Assembly: GCA_963693365.1 (NCBI GenBank)
Contig: CAVNZM010000007.1
Coordinates: 791,979-855,978, forward strand
Length of the DNA stretch: 64,000 nucleotides
Direction: 5' to 3'
DNA from: Amoebidium appalachense
Lineage: Eukaryota; Protista; Ichthyosporea
In this document: positions 27,330 through 43,173 of the stretch, piece after piece
Layout of the letters: each line of letters opens with the position of its first letter
Position numbering within the stretch: the first letter of the stretch is position 1
The notes under the pieces: model-generated
The model's database searches: none
The model's input: the letters and a program-made list of their open reading frames with translations, nothing else
Told to the model about the DNA's origin: nothing
Program-made: the position numbers and the translations under genes

Positions 27330-27560
27330 GATCATAAGGCGAGTCACCATGGCCGGAAAAGCCACTTCTTTCATGAACAAAGAGCACTTCTTTCCTTTCA
27401 GCTTTAACCCTGCATCATCGGAGCCGGGAAAAACATGAATAAAAATGCCCTTAGTGTTCATCGTTGGGTGACATAAAGAAATATATCAGCCCGTTAGAAC
27501 CAGTAAAACCCGGTTCATAATTCATAAGACGAGGGTAGGCAAAGCAAGCCTTATTCGTGA
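27330..27560 (-). pseudogene. Degenerate reverse transcriptase fragment of the LTR element
   Basis: Frameshifted MNRVL...IHVF...DAGLKLKGKKCSLFMKEVAF.GH resembles the gypsy RT segment after YxDD (L..AGLKL...KC.F....V.FLGH). Confidence 0.7.
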
Positions 27561-28899
27561 TCAGAAAACACATGCTTCCATTCGTGAGCAGTTTTCGTAT
27601 CCCATGAGCCAGCGATTTTCGTTGAGCAGGGGGATTTCAGGCATAATACATTCTTCTGGAGGCTTGGCCTAAAAAGAAAAGTCGTCAAAGTCGCCCTTTC
27701 TTTTGTAAGCAACTTCGTGAGCGCGCCTCGTATCTTCATATCCTCCAGTGCAGGTCTGGATGGTGCCCCATCCTCTGCTTCTTTTGTAGGTGGCCCTACT
27801 GTAGGTTCTGTTCATTGTGTGTACCAAAACCATTCGTATTCGTGGAACTGCTTTGTGCTGTGCTTTCTTTCGTGTTGGTGTTCATGGATTTACCCCGCAC
27901 ACACACCCTACTTCTCACATACTATCAGATGTAAGTAGCTGCCTGGTGAGTGTGTGGTTCGTGTTCGTTGGACCCTTCCGTTACTTCCTAAGAAGAGCAT
28001 TTCGTTTTAGCAGAGGTACCCAATAAGGCAGCTTGTGGGGTTGTCTCCCGCCTGTGCCCATTGGTGGGGTCTGTACGTGCTATAGGGTTACAGTGTCATC
28101 GGGTTTTGCCGGGGAATAACACGGCCATCTCCGTACCAGGGCCAAGGTCACATGATGGTTCAATGTATTAAACAACAACACCTTGCATTCTTATTCGTCC
28201 CGCAACCACACTTTCTTCACTAGTGACGGGGGGTATTCTTTATTCGAAAGGCTTCCAGCCAAAATACTGACACTGTATGCTGGTGTTGTGGGGGAACGGT
28301 GCCCATACCACATTCTTTTATTCTGGTGGGGTTGTGCCGGCAGCAATTTTTATATTTTTGCAAGGCTCGACAGTGTAATTCATATGTTACAGTATTGCCA
28401 CAGACTGGCAAGTACCATTAAATTCGTACCCCACACCTTCGTTTGTCTTTCACATGCACGAACAAAAGTTCTGCATCGACTTTATTAACAACATGCCTTC
28501 TGTGCACCAAGAGTGCAAATTCGTTTGGGCATGGCACCAGTAAGGGTGACGTGAGGTACTTCGTATTGTTTAGGCATGCAGGCATACATTCGTGCGCATG
28601 TTGTGCATCCTGTGCGCTAAACTATGGGGCATGCTGTATTGGAGAACAGCAAGGGATTCGAAGCATGCATGCAACACTACTTTCATAAGATCTTAGGTCC
28701 TACATGCTATAGCAACAGCGACTATCTTCTTTGTTAAGTGCATTTGTGCTGAAAGTGGCCGTGCATCTGAGTTGCGAGTGTGGACGTGCACGCAGTGGCA
28801 TGGACACGATGACAGTGTGCAATAGCACAATGCACGCAAGAGCAACAGTTTCCTTTTCTTCGTAACATTGGGGCTGTGTGCATTGCAACCCAAGCAGTG

Positions 28900-29200
28900 T
28901 TGTGCATTCGTTCTTTTCATTTTCGTATTTTCTTTTCTCATTGCTTTCGTTTTTCGTTGCTAAAGTCGGTTCGTTATAATTACTTCGTTTTTTCGTTGTG
29001 TATTCGTGTTTCGTTAGTTCGTATTTCTATATGCATTCGTTTTTCGTTGGTTCGTTATTTCTATGTGCATTCGTTTTTCGTAGGTTCGTTATTTCGTTGT
29101 ATCTTCGTGAACAGTTCGTTTTTCGTTGGATCGTTTTTTCGTTTATAGTTCTTTATTGGTTAGTTCGTTGTTTCATTGTTTCGTAATGGATTGGGAAAGT
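28900..29200. repeat. Degenerate ~33-bp TTCG-rich tandem repeat inside the LTR element
   Basis: Units such as TTCGTTTTTCGTTGGTTCGTTATTTCTATGTGCA repeated in tandem. Confidence 0.75.
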
Positions 29201-29440
29201 TTTCTTTGTGCAAAGTTTTGTAGTTCTCGTTATTTAGTTATGAGTTCGTTTTTCCAACTTTCCGTACTTTCTGTGTCTTGTCAGTGGGCTGGCCACTTCA
29301 GACGTGTCGGCGGATATTCTAGATAAGTCATCGATCGGCCATGATGAGCGATGGAGAATCTTGAACGGATTGAAAGATGTGAGTTTCGCATTCGAAGGAT
29401 GTGAGATTCTTGAAATGATTGAAAGATGTGTGAGATTCTT

Positions 29441-29456
29441 GTCTGCGCGGTCGCCA
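29441..29456 (-). other. Primer binding site TGGCGACCGCGCAGAC, complementary to a tRNA-Arg-like 3' end
   Basis: Starts 1 nt after the 5' LTR. Its complement CGCGGTCGCCA matches the 3' end typical of eukaryotic tRNA-Arg(UCG), from recalled knowledge. Confidence 0.8.
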
Positions 29457-29457
29457 A

Positions 29458-29940
29458 TGTAAACAGTTGGACTAGTTAGGATAAGGCAGAGTACAACTGA
29501 ATCAAAATAAAGACAGAGAACGGGTAGAAAGGCACACGCGGCCAGGTTGCTTTTACTATGGGCCGACTCAGTCTGTCTCAGACTTCACTGATGTGATCCC
29601 CGTACTGGGACGCTTTCTTATATAGCCCCAGGTTTCGGATCAAGGCCCAGGATTGGTTCATCCGCGGCCAGCGCGGGTGGCAACATGCCATTCGTGATTC
29701 TGGTGCGATCCGAGCCAGTCAGACCTTCGTCCTATTTAAGCTGTAAAAACATCTTATTGGTTCACTTCGTTGATGTGGTATGCAGCGGTAGAACCATATA
29801 TGGTTCACTTCTTAGGTAAGATTGATTCCTATTGGTGCGGACATAATATTTATGTGATATTCGTGACAAAGTACGAATTGTGTGCTAGTACGTCACATTC
29901 TTTAGTAAACATGTACAGTTCATGTGTACAGTTGTTTACA
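29458..29940 (-). repeat. 5' LTR (483 bp)
   Basis: Near-identical copy of 26365-26848. Confidence 0.95.
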
Positions 29941-30530
29941 CCCCCTCTGAGTATTCTCTCTGATCAAGGAGAAGAATTCGTGAATGAGTTAATTGTGAAG
30001 ATATGCGAATTATTACAAGTGGAAAGGGTCACTACGAGCGCATATCACCCTCAATCAAATTAATTAAATATTCTGCAAACGAACGTGTGCACCGCACACT
30101 AAATGATTCGATGAGCAAAGCAAATATGTGAATTACGAACAGGATAACTGGGATGAATTGCAGCCATTCGTAACACATGCATACAGCACATCTGTACACA
30201 AAGTGTTACAGGTCACACATTTGGTGTATGGACAGGATTGCCGTGAGCTTCCAGATGTAAGCCTTTTGTTGGATGGGCATCCTGCCCTCAACAGGCAAGA
30301 GTGGCAAGCACATCGTATGCAGTTGTTAAAACGACTTACCTCTGTTCAGACAAGTCGTACAGCAAACTTGCACGTTTACATTTACCCACAGCGGCACAGG
30401 TGCCTAAAACTCTGACACCGGGTACCAAAATATTAATCAAAATCACGAGACAAACACAGCTAAGTTCGATGTAAAGTGGCTGCACGGATTTGAAGTGGTG
30501 AAGCAATCTGAACACAGTCCATTCGCATAC
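29941..30530 (+). pseudogene. Degenerate LTR-retrotransposon integrase (rve core, C-terminal half) from a separate, older element
   Basis: P..ILSDQGEEFVNE...TTSAYHPQSN...ERVHRTL...DNWDELQPFVTHAYSTSVH, with stops and frameshifts. Opposite orientation to the adjacent LTR element. Confidence 0.88.
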
Positions 30531-30658
30531 ATAATCAGACACTGACCCAATTTCCACCAATACCTAATATAATAACCATAAAAGGTGCACTGCGGTGCAA
30601 ATATTCGATCAGATCGGAGTGATCCAATAGATGCTCATATCGCTTATGATTGGCTTAA

Positions 30659-30823
30659 AGTTATATCGTCCGGAGGTGATTTTCGAAAATAGAGCGATGT
30701 CCATCGTCTTTAGCGTAAATTGAAACCTGTGGCGCGTTTGGCAGGACACATATTCGTATTCGTCTTTAGGCCGAAAAGACGAATACGATGAAAAGACGAT
30801 ATAACTGCGCTGCCAAACACGCC
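30659..30823. other. Nested inverted-repeat (fold-back) segment
   Basis: Perfect 14-bp stem 30754-30767/30775-30788. Outer stem GTTTGGCAG 30736-30744 / CTGCCAAAC 30810-30818. Additional 12-bp pair 30659-30670/30795-30806. Confidence 0.75.
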
Positions 30824-30919
30824 CTTATATCATATCAGATCAGACACAAATTGGGGTGGTGGTGGTGGGGTGGTGTGTGTGGGGGGGGTTTATGCACTTG
30901 TGTGTGTGTGTCACGGTGT

Positions 30920-31040
<121 letters not shown>

Positions 31041-31783
31041 CGGGAGGCCCGGGGGCGGCTCTCGAGCTCGTACATTTATATATGATCAGACAAAAATTGG
31101 GGGGTGGGTATGGTGTACATGTGCGTGGGGGGGGGGGGGGGGGGGGGGGGAGGGGGGGAGGGGGGGAAGGGGGAGGGGGAGTGCACTCGCACACGTGGGG
31201 GGGGTGGTAAGGGTTGGGGAGGGGGGTGGGAAGGGCTGAGGGGAGGGGGGGGGGAAGGGGCCCGGGGGGGGGGGGCTCTCGAGCTCGAATGTATATCACA
31301 GAGACACAAAGTTGTGTGGATAGCAGGTCAGTCATGTTAATGCGTCAGCATATATAATTAATGAGCCGTTCAGACTCAAATATGCCAGCCAATATGTTAT
31401 TCAGGCATGTTACAAGGGCTAGCCATCAAGTTGATTATGCATTGATTCTGAAGATAGGTCATATGGTGTAATATTAATTGTAACTCGCGCATCATTTACT
31501 GCGACTTTCAACACTACATATTCGCCACTATCCTCATTACATAATCAACCATATTTCATGCATCTATTGACCAACACACAACATCTATTCATGCATTCGA
31601 GTTGTAGCTAAAAATAATTTATGTGTTATTTATTAGCAGACATAAATCGTACTCACGTCCAGACCATATACTCAAACTTATTCCACCGCACATACCGGTG
31701 ATTATCAACCACCAGTCCTTTATTACACAGCCACCATTCACACATTTCACCCTCACACATGTGTGCACCCACACACTACACCC

Positions 31784-34321
<2,538 letters not shown>

Positions 34322-35777
34322 TTTTCATTTACCACAGGGATATCAAAGTTTCAATGTTTTATATGCTATGGGACAAGACAACATAAAACTGTTGTAGTTG
34401 GCATGGCCATGTTGGTGTGGTGGGAGACGAGAGACAGCAAGTACCAGTGGCGTACTGGAGGTGTGTATGATAGTGTTTCAGCCTGTGTGTGTGTGTGCAT
34501 GTGTGTGCTATCTAAACTGAGGGACCGCACGTCTGTATCAGTACGTGCCAGACGTTCGTAGAGGCAGGTGGGGGCACATGCTGCAACGTACATTAGCTGT
34601 TAACGTGCTTAGTTGAGCGACATCTAATTGGCCACGTCACAACCTCCAAACAAAAACCTACGCCATGGCCAGTTCAGAACAGCAAGCTTCGGAGGCTTCG
34701 AAGGTTTGTTTGGACCCAGGATTTCTGTGGCACGGCGCATGCAGAGTGGCACCAAGCGTTTATTTTCTGAAATCAATCCGCACGCACCCTAAGGCGCTCT
34801 CGTACTGCTCGCTGACACATACGGGATGGTAAGGACTAGGCAATGTGCCCTGATAAAACACAAAGAAAAAACGACGCTGTAAACGTTTGTGACGTGTAAA
34901 CGTAAAAGCACTGGTCAAACGTGGCCGCTAATCGTGATTCTACCCGCCATTTTGCTTCGCTCAGATTAGAGTAGGGCAAATGTTGGCTTGAAGGCTGCAA
35001 ACCACTTATTCATGTAATATATAACAAAAATAAATTTGTATTGCTAAATTTAATATACACACAAAAAAAGAATCCAGTAGCCTTGCACTACAATTATTTT
35101 GATAGTTTTGGGATCCAATCTATCTGGGAGCCACCCTCTGCCTAATTAACGAGTCAATGTCTTATGATTGGTCGCTTGTCACATATCCACTTTAGGTCGT
35201 TTTTTTCTTCTTTTTTTTAGATGAGAGATGATAGACCCCAACATAGTTTATCCCTTGAATTGATGATTACGATGAATACTAAAGTAATAGCTACAATCAA
35301 TTAGATAAACTTTTTAGAAGCAAGAAAGCTCCGTTTTAAGTTTGATAATTTTCAGTTATTGTTCATTTGAACAAAATTTAGATCCCTTAAACACGGGGTT
35401 CTAGGCATGCAAAGTTATCTCGCCGTGGATAACTTGAATTCTGAAACCCCCCTTATAATCGGATTTACCCGTCAAAGCAACAAGCAAGATCCCTAGGGCT
35501 CTTTTGATTGGCTCCACGAGTTATGCACTTTTCTGACGCGTGCGGAGACGGACGCGCCGATCGCAGGTCTTTCTTTCCCCCCTCCTGTTATTTTTTTTTC
35601 GTAGGTCACGTTGCTAAGTTTTAATTCTTGAAGGGACATGTTTCACGAATTTTCTGAATGTTTTAATAGGAGCATGAATTTGTAGTTAGTATTTTGTATA
35701 GCAGCAGGGCTGGCAGAGGTGTTTGTACGGCGCCACCCACGGGCTATGCCGTGGTATCAAGGCGTAGCGGGCTGAAC

Positions 35778-38376
35778 ATGAGCAGTGAGCCCGACAGAAA
35801 ACCTGGAACCCCGCCCAAAATGAATGACAAAAGTAAGTAATTGTAGCAGTGAATGGGCGTAAAATGTGGATGAATGTAACAATGAGGTGTGACTAAGGTG
35901 TCTGTTTCCCGCCTAATGTAAACATGTACAGGGTGGAAAGTTTGAAATAATTTTGAGATGTTTTATTTTCGAGGGAAGAGTTTTGGCCGTCGGTGACCCC
36001 CCGTTCAAATGAGCACTCAATGAGCTAGGTATAGCCTTTTTAGCTGCATCTGTCTCTATACGTTGAATAACGTAGTCGAAGTTCTAGAGCTCTCTCTCCC
36101 TCTCTCCCTCTTTGTTTGCTAAGAAAATAGGCTCACTCGGCTTTTGTTGGGTTCATTATTGGGTTTATTTTTGCACGAATTATTTCGGTGCAGGTGGTTG
36201 GCTGTTTCTCTATTTAAAAAATGGCGGTGGAGAGTAAACTTTATTACAAACATCGGTGTTGCATGAGGAAGCGCACGTACACGTAAACACTGTAAGCGTG
36301 TGAATGAATGTTCTGCAAGCTGCTTGGGGAAGGGGGGATGCGGGGGAGGTAGCTTATATCAGCATCTTTTGTTCTTTCGGGACGGACATCTCTAGTTCCT
36401 AGTGTGGCACCAAGGCAGTGTTTGCTGGGGTTTGGGGAACAGAGGAGAAGAAGAGAGGAACGTGATAACTTAGGGCGGTATTGGTGTGTTCATGTGTCTA
36501 TTACCGGTTTTGTTGCTTTTTTTCCGTGTCTGTTGCCGGCTTTTTTACGCTTTTTTCTTGTTGAGGAAACTTATTGTTATCTTGATGCGCAGAGCTTCCG
36601 CCGCCAGCGGCGGCCAAGCCACGGGACAAACCCGTGAGCCCCACAGAGACCCCACTGGTGATTTTGCCAGACTTGTCACATGACACAGAAAAACCAAAAA
36701 CGCCGCCTCCACTCATGGACCCGGCACAAGTCGAAAAGCTCAATCGTTTCATGTTTAGCTACGACCCGTATGGAAACCGAAGGCCTGTGAGAATCAACAA
36801 TAGGCCTTATCCCCCCTGGACGTATCTTCCGGACATCTTGGATGGCCGCACAGTCGAATTCCGTTACCACCCAGACGTTTTTAAGACGAATCTTTGCAAG
36901 AATGGCGCTGAATGTCGTATGCGTGAAACTTGTCCGTTCATCCACCCTGGAGAGCGCTACGTGCCCACGTGGAGGAACACGGGCATGTTCTTCGACAACA
37001 TCTATTACCCCCCGCCCCCTGTTACGTGTAAGTGCCCGTGCATGTGCATGGGATATACGCTTGTGGAGATAAGATCTTTCTTTGTCCTACCCTACAATAA
37101 CGTGCTTGGTGTTCAGAATCGTTTGCTCAGAGTTTGGATAGGGGAATGTCAGTCAATTGTGGTGGTGGTTGCCTTGCAATTGTGTCTTCTTTTTGTTTTG
37201 GTGCGGAATGGTCCATCGGACTTATGGATGGCACTTGCAGTCCCAGTTTAGTTTGTGTTTGTTGTGTTTTGTTCTGTACGGTGTCTGACCACCGGGCCAC
37301 AGATGAGTGGTTCAAGCACCTGATGCTGGAGTTCAAGACGAAAGGGCCTTGCCAAATGAAGCAGGACCACGACTACAAGCGGTATGTGTGCACGTGTGCT
37401 TGCTTGTACTATATTCTTGGGTATGTGTGTTGAGCACATGTGCTCGTGTGCGAGCCCCGAGGGGTGGCTTGATGTTGCTCACGTGTTATGTTCGCTTCAA
37501 CCTCGTGCTGTAGACGTGTGTGCTTTGCACACAGTATCCGTGTCTGTGATTTGCGTAATATGTAGCTCAACGTTTGTAAAGGTAGCTTTTGAATCAACGC
37601 GTAAGACGATGGGGAATTAGGGGGTATTGTTAGTGTGTATGCGCTTGCTACACAACAATTTTTCTGCACTGCTGGTCGTTGGTTCGTCCGCTGTTTTGCT
37701 TAGCCATGCATAGATGTCCTTTTGCATGCTTTCTCGTTCATGCGGACACAAGCATGGTCCATCACATGCACATTTCGACAGTGGTTTGGGTTTGTGTGCT
37801 GAGACTCTGTGTAGTTGTTTTTGCAGATCATTATGCACCTTGCAAGGTCACTCCGTATCTTCTTTGTACTTCGTTCTGTGCAAACATTCGCAGCTCTGGT
37901 GCTGTGGGTCTTGTTGAACTTCTTGCCCAAGTGAGCTGCCTGAGTGTGGGTCCTACTTTGGTATAAGTAAAGCATGCTGTTCATGCATGCTCTTTTCTTT
38001 TGTTCTTTCATTTTCTTTCTCCCTTTCTTTCTTTCGGTTTTTGTGCAGAAGATGTGTTGTTTTGTCCGCAACATAATCTATCTGCCCTTTCACTCCTCTT
38101 ACACACACCTACCTGCCCCAACCCAGTGGCACAAGAGATTTGTTCTGCCTGTGTGCTGGTTTTTCACTTTGCTTGGATTGTTCTTGATCTTGTCCCGGTT
38201 TATTGCACAATAGAACCCCACTACTTTGAGTGAGATGCAATCTTCACGCTGTTAAAACAAAGTTTTAGGCTGCCTTCGATTTATTGACTTGGCACGATGC
38301 ACGTCCACACCCTATATCCGTTGTGACACTCATCATCTTAAAACCCCTGCCCCCCCCCCCCCCCCCCCCCCCCCTT

Positions 38377-38470
<94 letters not shown>

Positions 38471-40030
38471 CTGCCCGTACTGGCATGCGGACCTGAAGGT
38501 TCTTGACCGTCGGGAGCCTCTCCAATACGACCCAGACAAGGACTCGTTTGTGCCTCTGCCTCCTGACGCCACGCCCACAGCCAAGCAGTTCTACCCGTAC
38601 AACTACAAGCGCCAGCCCTGCAAGTTCGTGCAGAAGGAGGAGAGGTGCATCCAGGGGCGCTACTGCACCAACGATCATCTTGGGAGGGAGCCCCAGGCCA
38701 TTGCGAGCTACATTGAGCGGCTCAAGAGAGAGATGGCTGCGGACTATCTCAGCAAGCGCCAAGGGAAGATGGGTCCCAGGGATGATGATGTGGACTACTA
38801 CCCGGGTCCAAACATGCCCGACAACCAGCAGGGGTACTATGCTGGCGGCCCGCCCCCCGGCCCGTATCATGATCGCATGCGCGGGCCTGGCCCGGACCGG
38901 CAGAGGGATCAGTCGCGGGCCGATTCGGACCTGGACCATAGCATGCCTACGTCTCAGGGGGATGCTACGCCGCCGCATGCCATGCCGCCCTATGAGACGG
39001 AGATGCACTCGTTCTTCTCCAGGTATGGGCACCCCTATACATGTCGACAGACAGATGCAGCCCCCTTTTGGCTATTATGTCTATGAATGGGTTCATGTTT
39101 GAAGCCCATGCATTTTCCTTGAATGTCTGCACGGGTGGACATACATGAACCACCCCCCCCCCCCCCTGTCTGTAAATTGAGCCCCGTGTCTTTCCTTCCA
39201 TGTCTGCACATGTATGCTCTCAGAATATCCCATTGGTGTCTTCTGTTCCTGCACATGTATACACACCTACCCTCGTTCCTCGTGGTGATACAGTTCGTCT
39301 TTTCTTCCGACAGTCTAGAGGTGTATTTTCAATCACGAAAATACACACGACCCACACAGAATATTCAATTGCTGGCAGTTACCAGCATCGTGTTTCAAAT
39401 ACGAGAGGTATAGGCAGTAAGGGGGAAGGTGGGTAAGGGGGCCCATATCTGGCGCACAGTTGTGTATATCCTCGCCATTCCGCAACTGTGATACACGTTG
39501 CATTCTCGCACACAAGGTAAACTTGGACTGGACACCACTGAATACACGCTCTCCTATCACTGCAACTCACATTGGGAACACCCCTTTCTCCCAGCCGTCC
39601 GCCCAGCATGAACCAGTCACGCCCGCAGACCCCCGCCAACCAATCAGGCTGGGCTCCCGGTCCCCAAGGGTTCCCCGGCCCCCACCCACCCCACGTGCCG
39701 GACTTCGGGCCGTACGGTGCCCCCCCTCCCGGTCCGGGGGGGTTCAACTCGTTCCCACCCTTTCCGGCCGGGCAGGGGCGGGGGTTCTTTGACGGAAATG
39801 TGCGGGGACCACCCCCGGCCATGGGGCAGGCGGAGGAGTACCAGCGCATGATGATGATGCAGCACCACCCGGGAATGCCCCATATGGGCCCCCGACCCGG
39901 CCCAGGTGGCCCGGCAGGTTCGGGTCAGGGCGCACCCCCCAGTGCAATGCCCACGGATGCATCGGGTGTGCGCGAGCCTGACTCGGCATTTTGGAACTTC
40001 CTGGATGATAGCTCGGAGTCGGTATGTGTG

Positions 40031-40080
<50 letters not shown>

Positions 40081-41334
40081 CGCGCGCGCGTAGTGGCGAT
40101 GGTGATGGTGATGGTGATGGTGATGGGGGAGGGGGGTGGGGGTGGTTGGGTGGGTGGGTGAGTTTGGATGTAGAATGGGTGGGGATGGTTGGTTAAAAGG
40201 GCACATGTGCTTGTGTGGGTGGGTGTGGCTGTGTAAAAGAGAGTGGGTGTTTGGGTGTGAGCTAATATGTACCTTCCACGAGAAGACACTTTGAAGTTAA
40301 AGCTGAATCGGCATTGATTGACCTTACTTTATTATCCAATGGTTATCGATGATTATACATTTATAGTTTGATCTGGGATCAAGTTGAATTGATGATTGGT
40401 CAATGTCAAGACGTCGAACTCAATCGTCATCTGGTGAAAATCGTTCTTTAACAAAAGACACATATGCTAATAAAAGTTTTTCTGTTCGCGCGTCGCTAAC
40501 AAACAAATAGTACCGCTCGATAGAGCTAAAAATTAGCTTTCATTTAAGTTTAGGGTCGAGGTGGTTTCGATTGCTGCGATGGGTCGAAATTTACAGAAAA
40601 CAACAAGTGTTTTCTCGTGGAAGGTACATATCAGTGGGTGTGTGCGTTTGTAAAAGAGAATGCATGTTTGTGAGTGGGTGGGTGTGGGGCTTGGTGTGGC
40701 GCGTGTGCCTGTTTGGGAGCGTGTATGTTCATGTGTAAGCGACAGGGTGTGTGGGTGATATTTGTGAGTGGTGTTGCCGTTCTGCTGCTCTGTGTTTAAG
40801 GTATCGGTTATGTTTTCGGGTTTGTGCGCGCATGTGTGCTCAGGAGGAAAGGGACGGTAGTTGTTGGCTGACCACGTTCATGTGCTATATCAGAGACCGT
40901 TATTCACTTCTCGGAAACAGTCGTGTGGTCACCAATACCTCCACTCACCTCTCCCACTCTAAACACACACACACACACACACATACATATACACGCACGC
41001 ACGCACACGATACATACACACACGTACACACTCATCTCTACACACACACACGTACACACAGCAGCAGCAGGCGCAGCAGCAGCAGCAACAGGGCATGGGG
41101 CCACAGGGGGCTCTTATGCCGCAAGGCCCCAACGGGCCAGGGGGGGACGCTTTCACAACGATGGCCACCACCCTGGGCTCTGTGTCCCCCTTCACCCCCG
41201 GCCCCCAGTCTCAGAACTTCCCCCACAGTGGTCAGAGCTCCCTGGCGGCATCGTTTGCCTCTCTGCCCCCCGCTGACGACCTGCCCCCCAATCCCAAGAA
41301 CTGGGCTGTCGTCGATGTGCAGAGGTGCGTGAAA

Positions 41335-41367
<33 letters not shown>

Positions 41368-41843
41368 TTCTCCCTTTTTCCTGTAAACACACTGACACGC
41401 GCACATGCACACATCCTGTTCTCCACACAGCCTGGGTGTGCGTTGTTTTCTTGTGTCGCTCCTTTTTGTGCTTCAATGCAACTTCGAGATTTGCATTTCC
41501 TCCAAGTGTATTGTCCCGGCGTATTTTTTGTTTATGCAAGCAAAGTTCGCAGTGTGATGTCTGTCATGTGTACCAGCACACCTTCACGGTGCATCGTGCC
41601 TTCGTTTTGATGACATGCTAACTTCACACACACACAAACCCAAAAACACACACACGCACACACACACACACACACAGATGGCTCGGCAGCCACCGCGAGG
41701 AGCAGGTGCGGCAGACTGCGCTGACGCTCGCCCGGCACGATGTGGACGGGGAGCTGCTGGTGACTCTGGACGACACCATACTCAAGGAACTGGGCATTGG
41801 CTCGTGGGGCCAGCGCCGCAAGCTGCTGCGTGCAATCGAGGAG
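35778..41843 (+). CDS. Unkempt-type zinc-finger RNA-binding protein with Pro/Gly/Gln-rich region and C-terminal SAM domain. Exons 35778-35832, 36593-37027, 37303-37381, 38471-39022, 39595-40021, 41062-41324, 41678-41843; last exon unresolved.
   Basis: YHPDVFKTNLCKNGAECRMRETCPFIH (CCCH), EFKTKGPCQMKQDHDYKRCPYWH..DRR (CHCH) and YKRQPCKFVQKEERCIQGRYCTNDH (CCCH). SAM: PKNWAVVDVQRWL...HDVDGELLVTLDDTILKELGIGSWGQRRKLLRAIEE. All six introns are GT..AG and phase-consistent. Confidence 0.88.
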
Positions 41844-41855
41844 GTGTGTGTGTCT

Positions 41856-41892
<37 letters not shown>

Positions 41893-42066
41893 TGTGTGTG
41901 CGCGAACACACGTGCTCCTGTGTTTGTTTGAAAGAGGGAGGGGAGGGATGTGGGTGGTGAGAAGAGGTGGGGGGGGGGGGGGGGGGTTTGCTGTAATTTC
42001 ATCTACTGGAGGAGATTATGGTAGTTGTGTTTTTGTGTCCCTGGGAGAGAACACCTGTGTATGTGC

Positions 42067-42097
<31 letters not shown>

Positions 42098-43124
42098 TTG
42101 GAATGGTGTGGGGTTGTGATATGTGCTTGCACGAGTAGAAATGCAAACGGGGTGCACTTAGGCTGTGTATGTGCTGTGTGCTAATATTTGCGCCGTGTGA
42201 AATGGCTGGTGCATCCACTTGCACGAAGAAAGTTGTGGGGTAGAATGGGTCAGGTCGCTAACGAGTCGGGTCGGGCCAACAGCAAAAGATTGCCAGCGGA
42301 CTGCTGCCCAGCGGGTCACAGCTGCCCCCCGAATGATGTTTTGTAGGGCCACGGGGCCGTAGGCACACCTCCCGAATTGCTCGAAACTAGTGGTGGGGTA
42401 CCTGCCATTTGGCAGTTTCTTTTTTGGATTGATCGATGACTTATTTAGGGGGCGTGGGGTTATAGTGAAGGCGGCTTGCGTAGGCATATGCTCCGGCCGG
42501 ATTTTTGTTCCGTTATGGAAAGAAAAGATGGGAATTGTATGTTATTTGCACGGTTAGCGATATTTTCATACATGTCCGAAAGCCTTAACGTAACTCAGCT
42601 GTGCGTAGGTGTGTTGGTTTTGGTGGTCGAATTTTGTGTCTCTCGAAACCGCCCACCTTTTCGTGCCGGCGCAGAACATGCACGTGTGAGCATTGCTTTC
42701 GAACATGCCTTAGCAATTGTTCTAGTTATGTTTTTAATCTTCTCGCATTCACGCTATGACTGCTTGCACAAACACCTGCCCTTCTGCACACACACCCACA
42801 CACGAACAACCACACGTATTTTGTCTGCATGCATGTTTTGCTCATAGTCCACACCCACTAGCTACACCCACACACTCTTATCGCTTGTTCTTTCTCGTTT
42901 TTTCAGTAGTAGTGAACGGGATTAATTAATGTTGGCGTACCTGTTAAATGCTCGTGCTCTCTTGCGAGATTTATGTATGTGTTGAACTAACCCAGCCGTG
43001 CCCCATCGTAGACATGTGTAGTATTTGCTGGGTGGCTTGTACTTGTGTGCAGCCGCCTTCAAATGGCCCTCGGAATGGAATAACTAGCGAAGCAAACAAC
43101 TTGTCCCATTCTCTAGCTTGTTCC

Positions 43125-43173
<49 letters not shown>

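Larger units (their letters stand above)
26365..29940 (-). mobile_element. Non-autonomous, internally decayed Ty3/gypsy LTR retrotransposon (about 3.6 kb)
   Basis: Two ~484-bp direct repeats with TGTAAACA...TGTTTACA termini. On the minus strand a PBS follows the 5' LTR and a PPT precedes the 3' LTR. RT remnant AGLKLKGKKCSLFMKEVAF at about 27355-27415. Confidence 0.92.
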
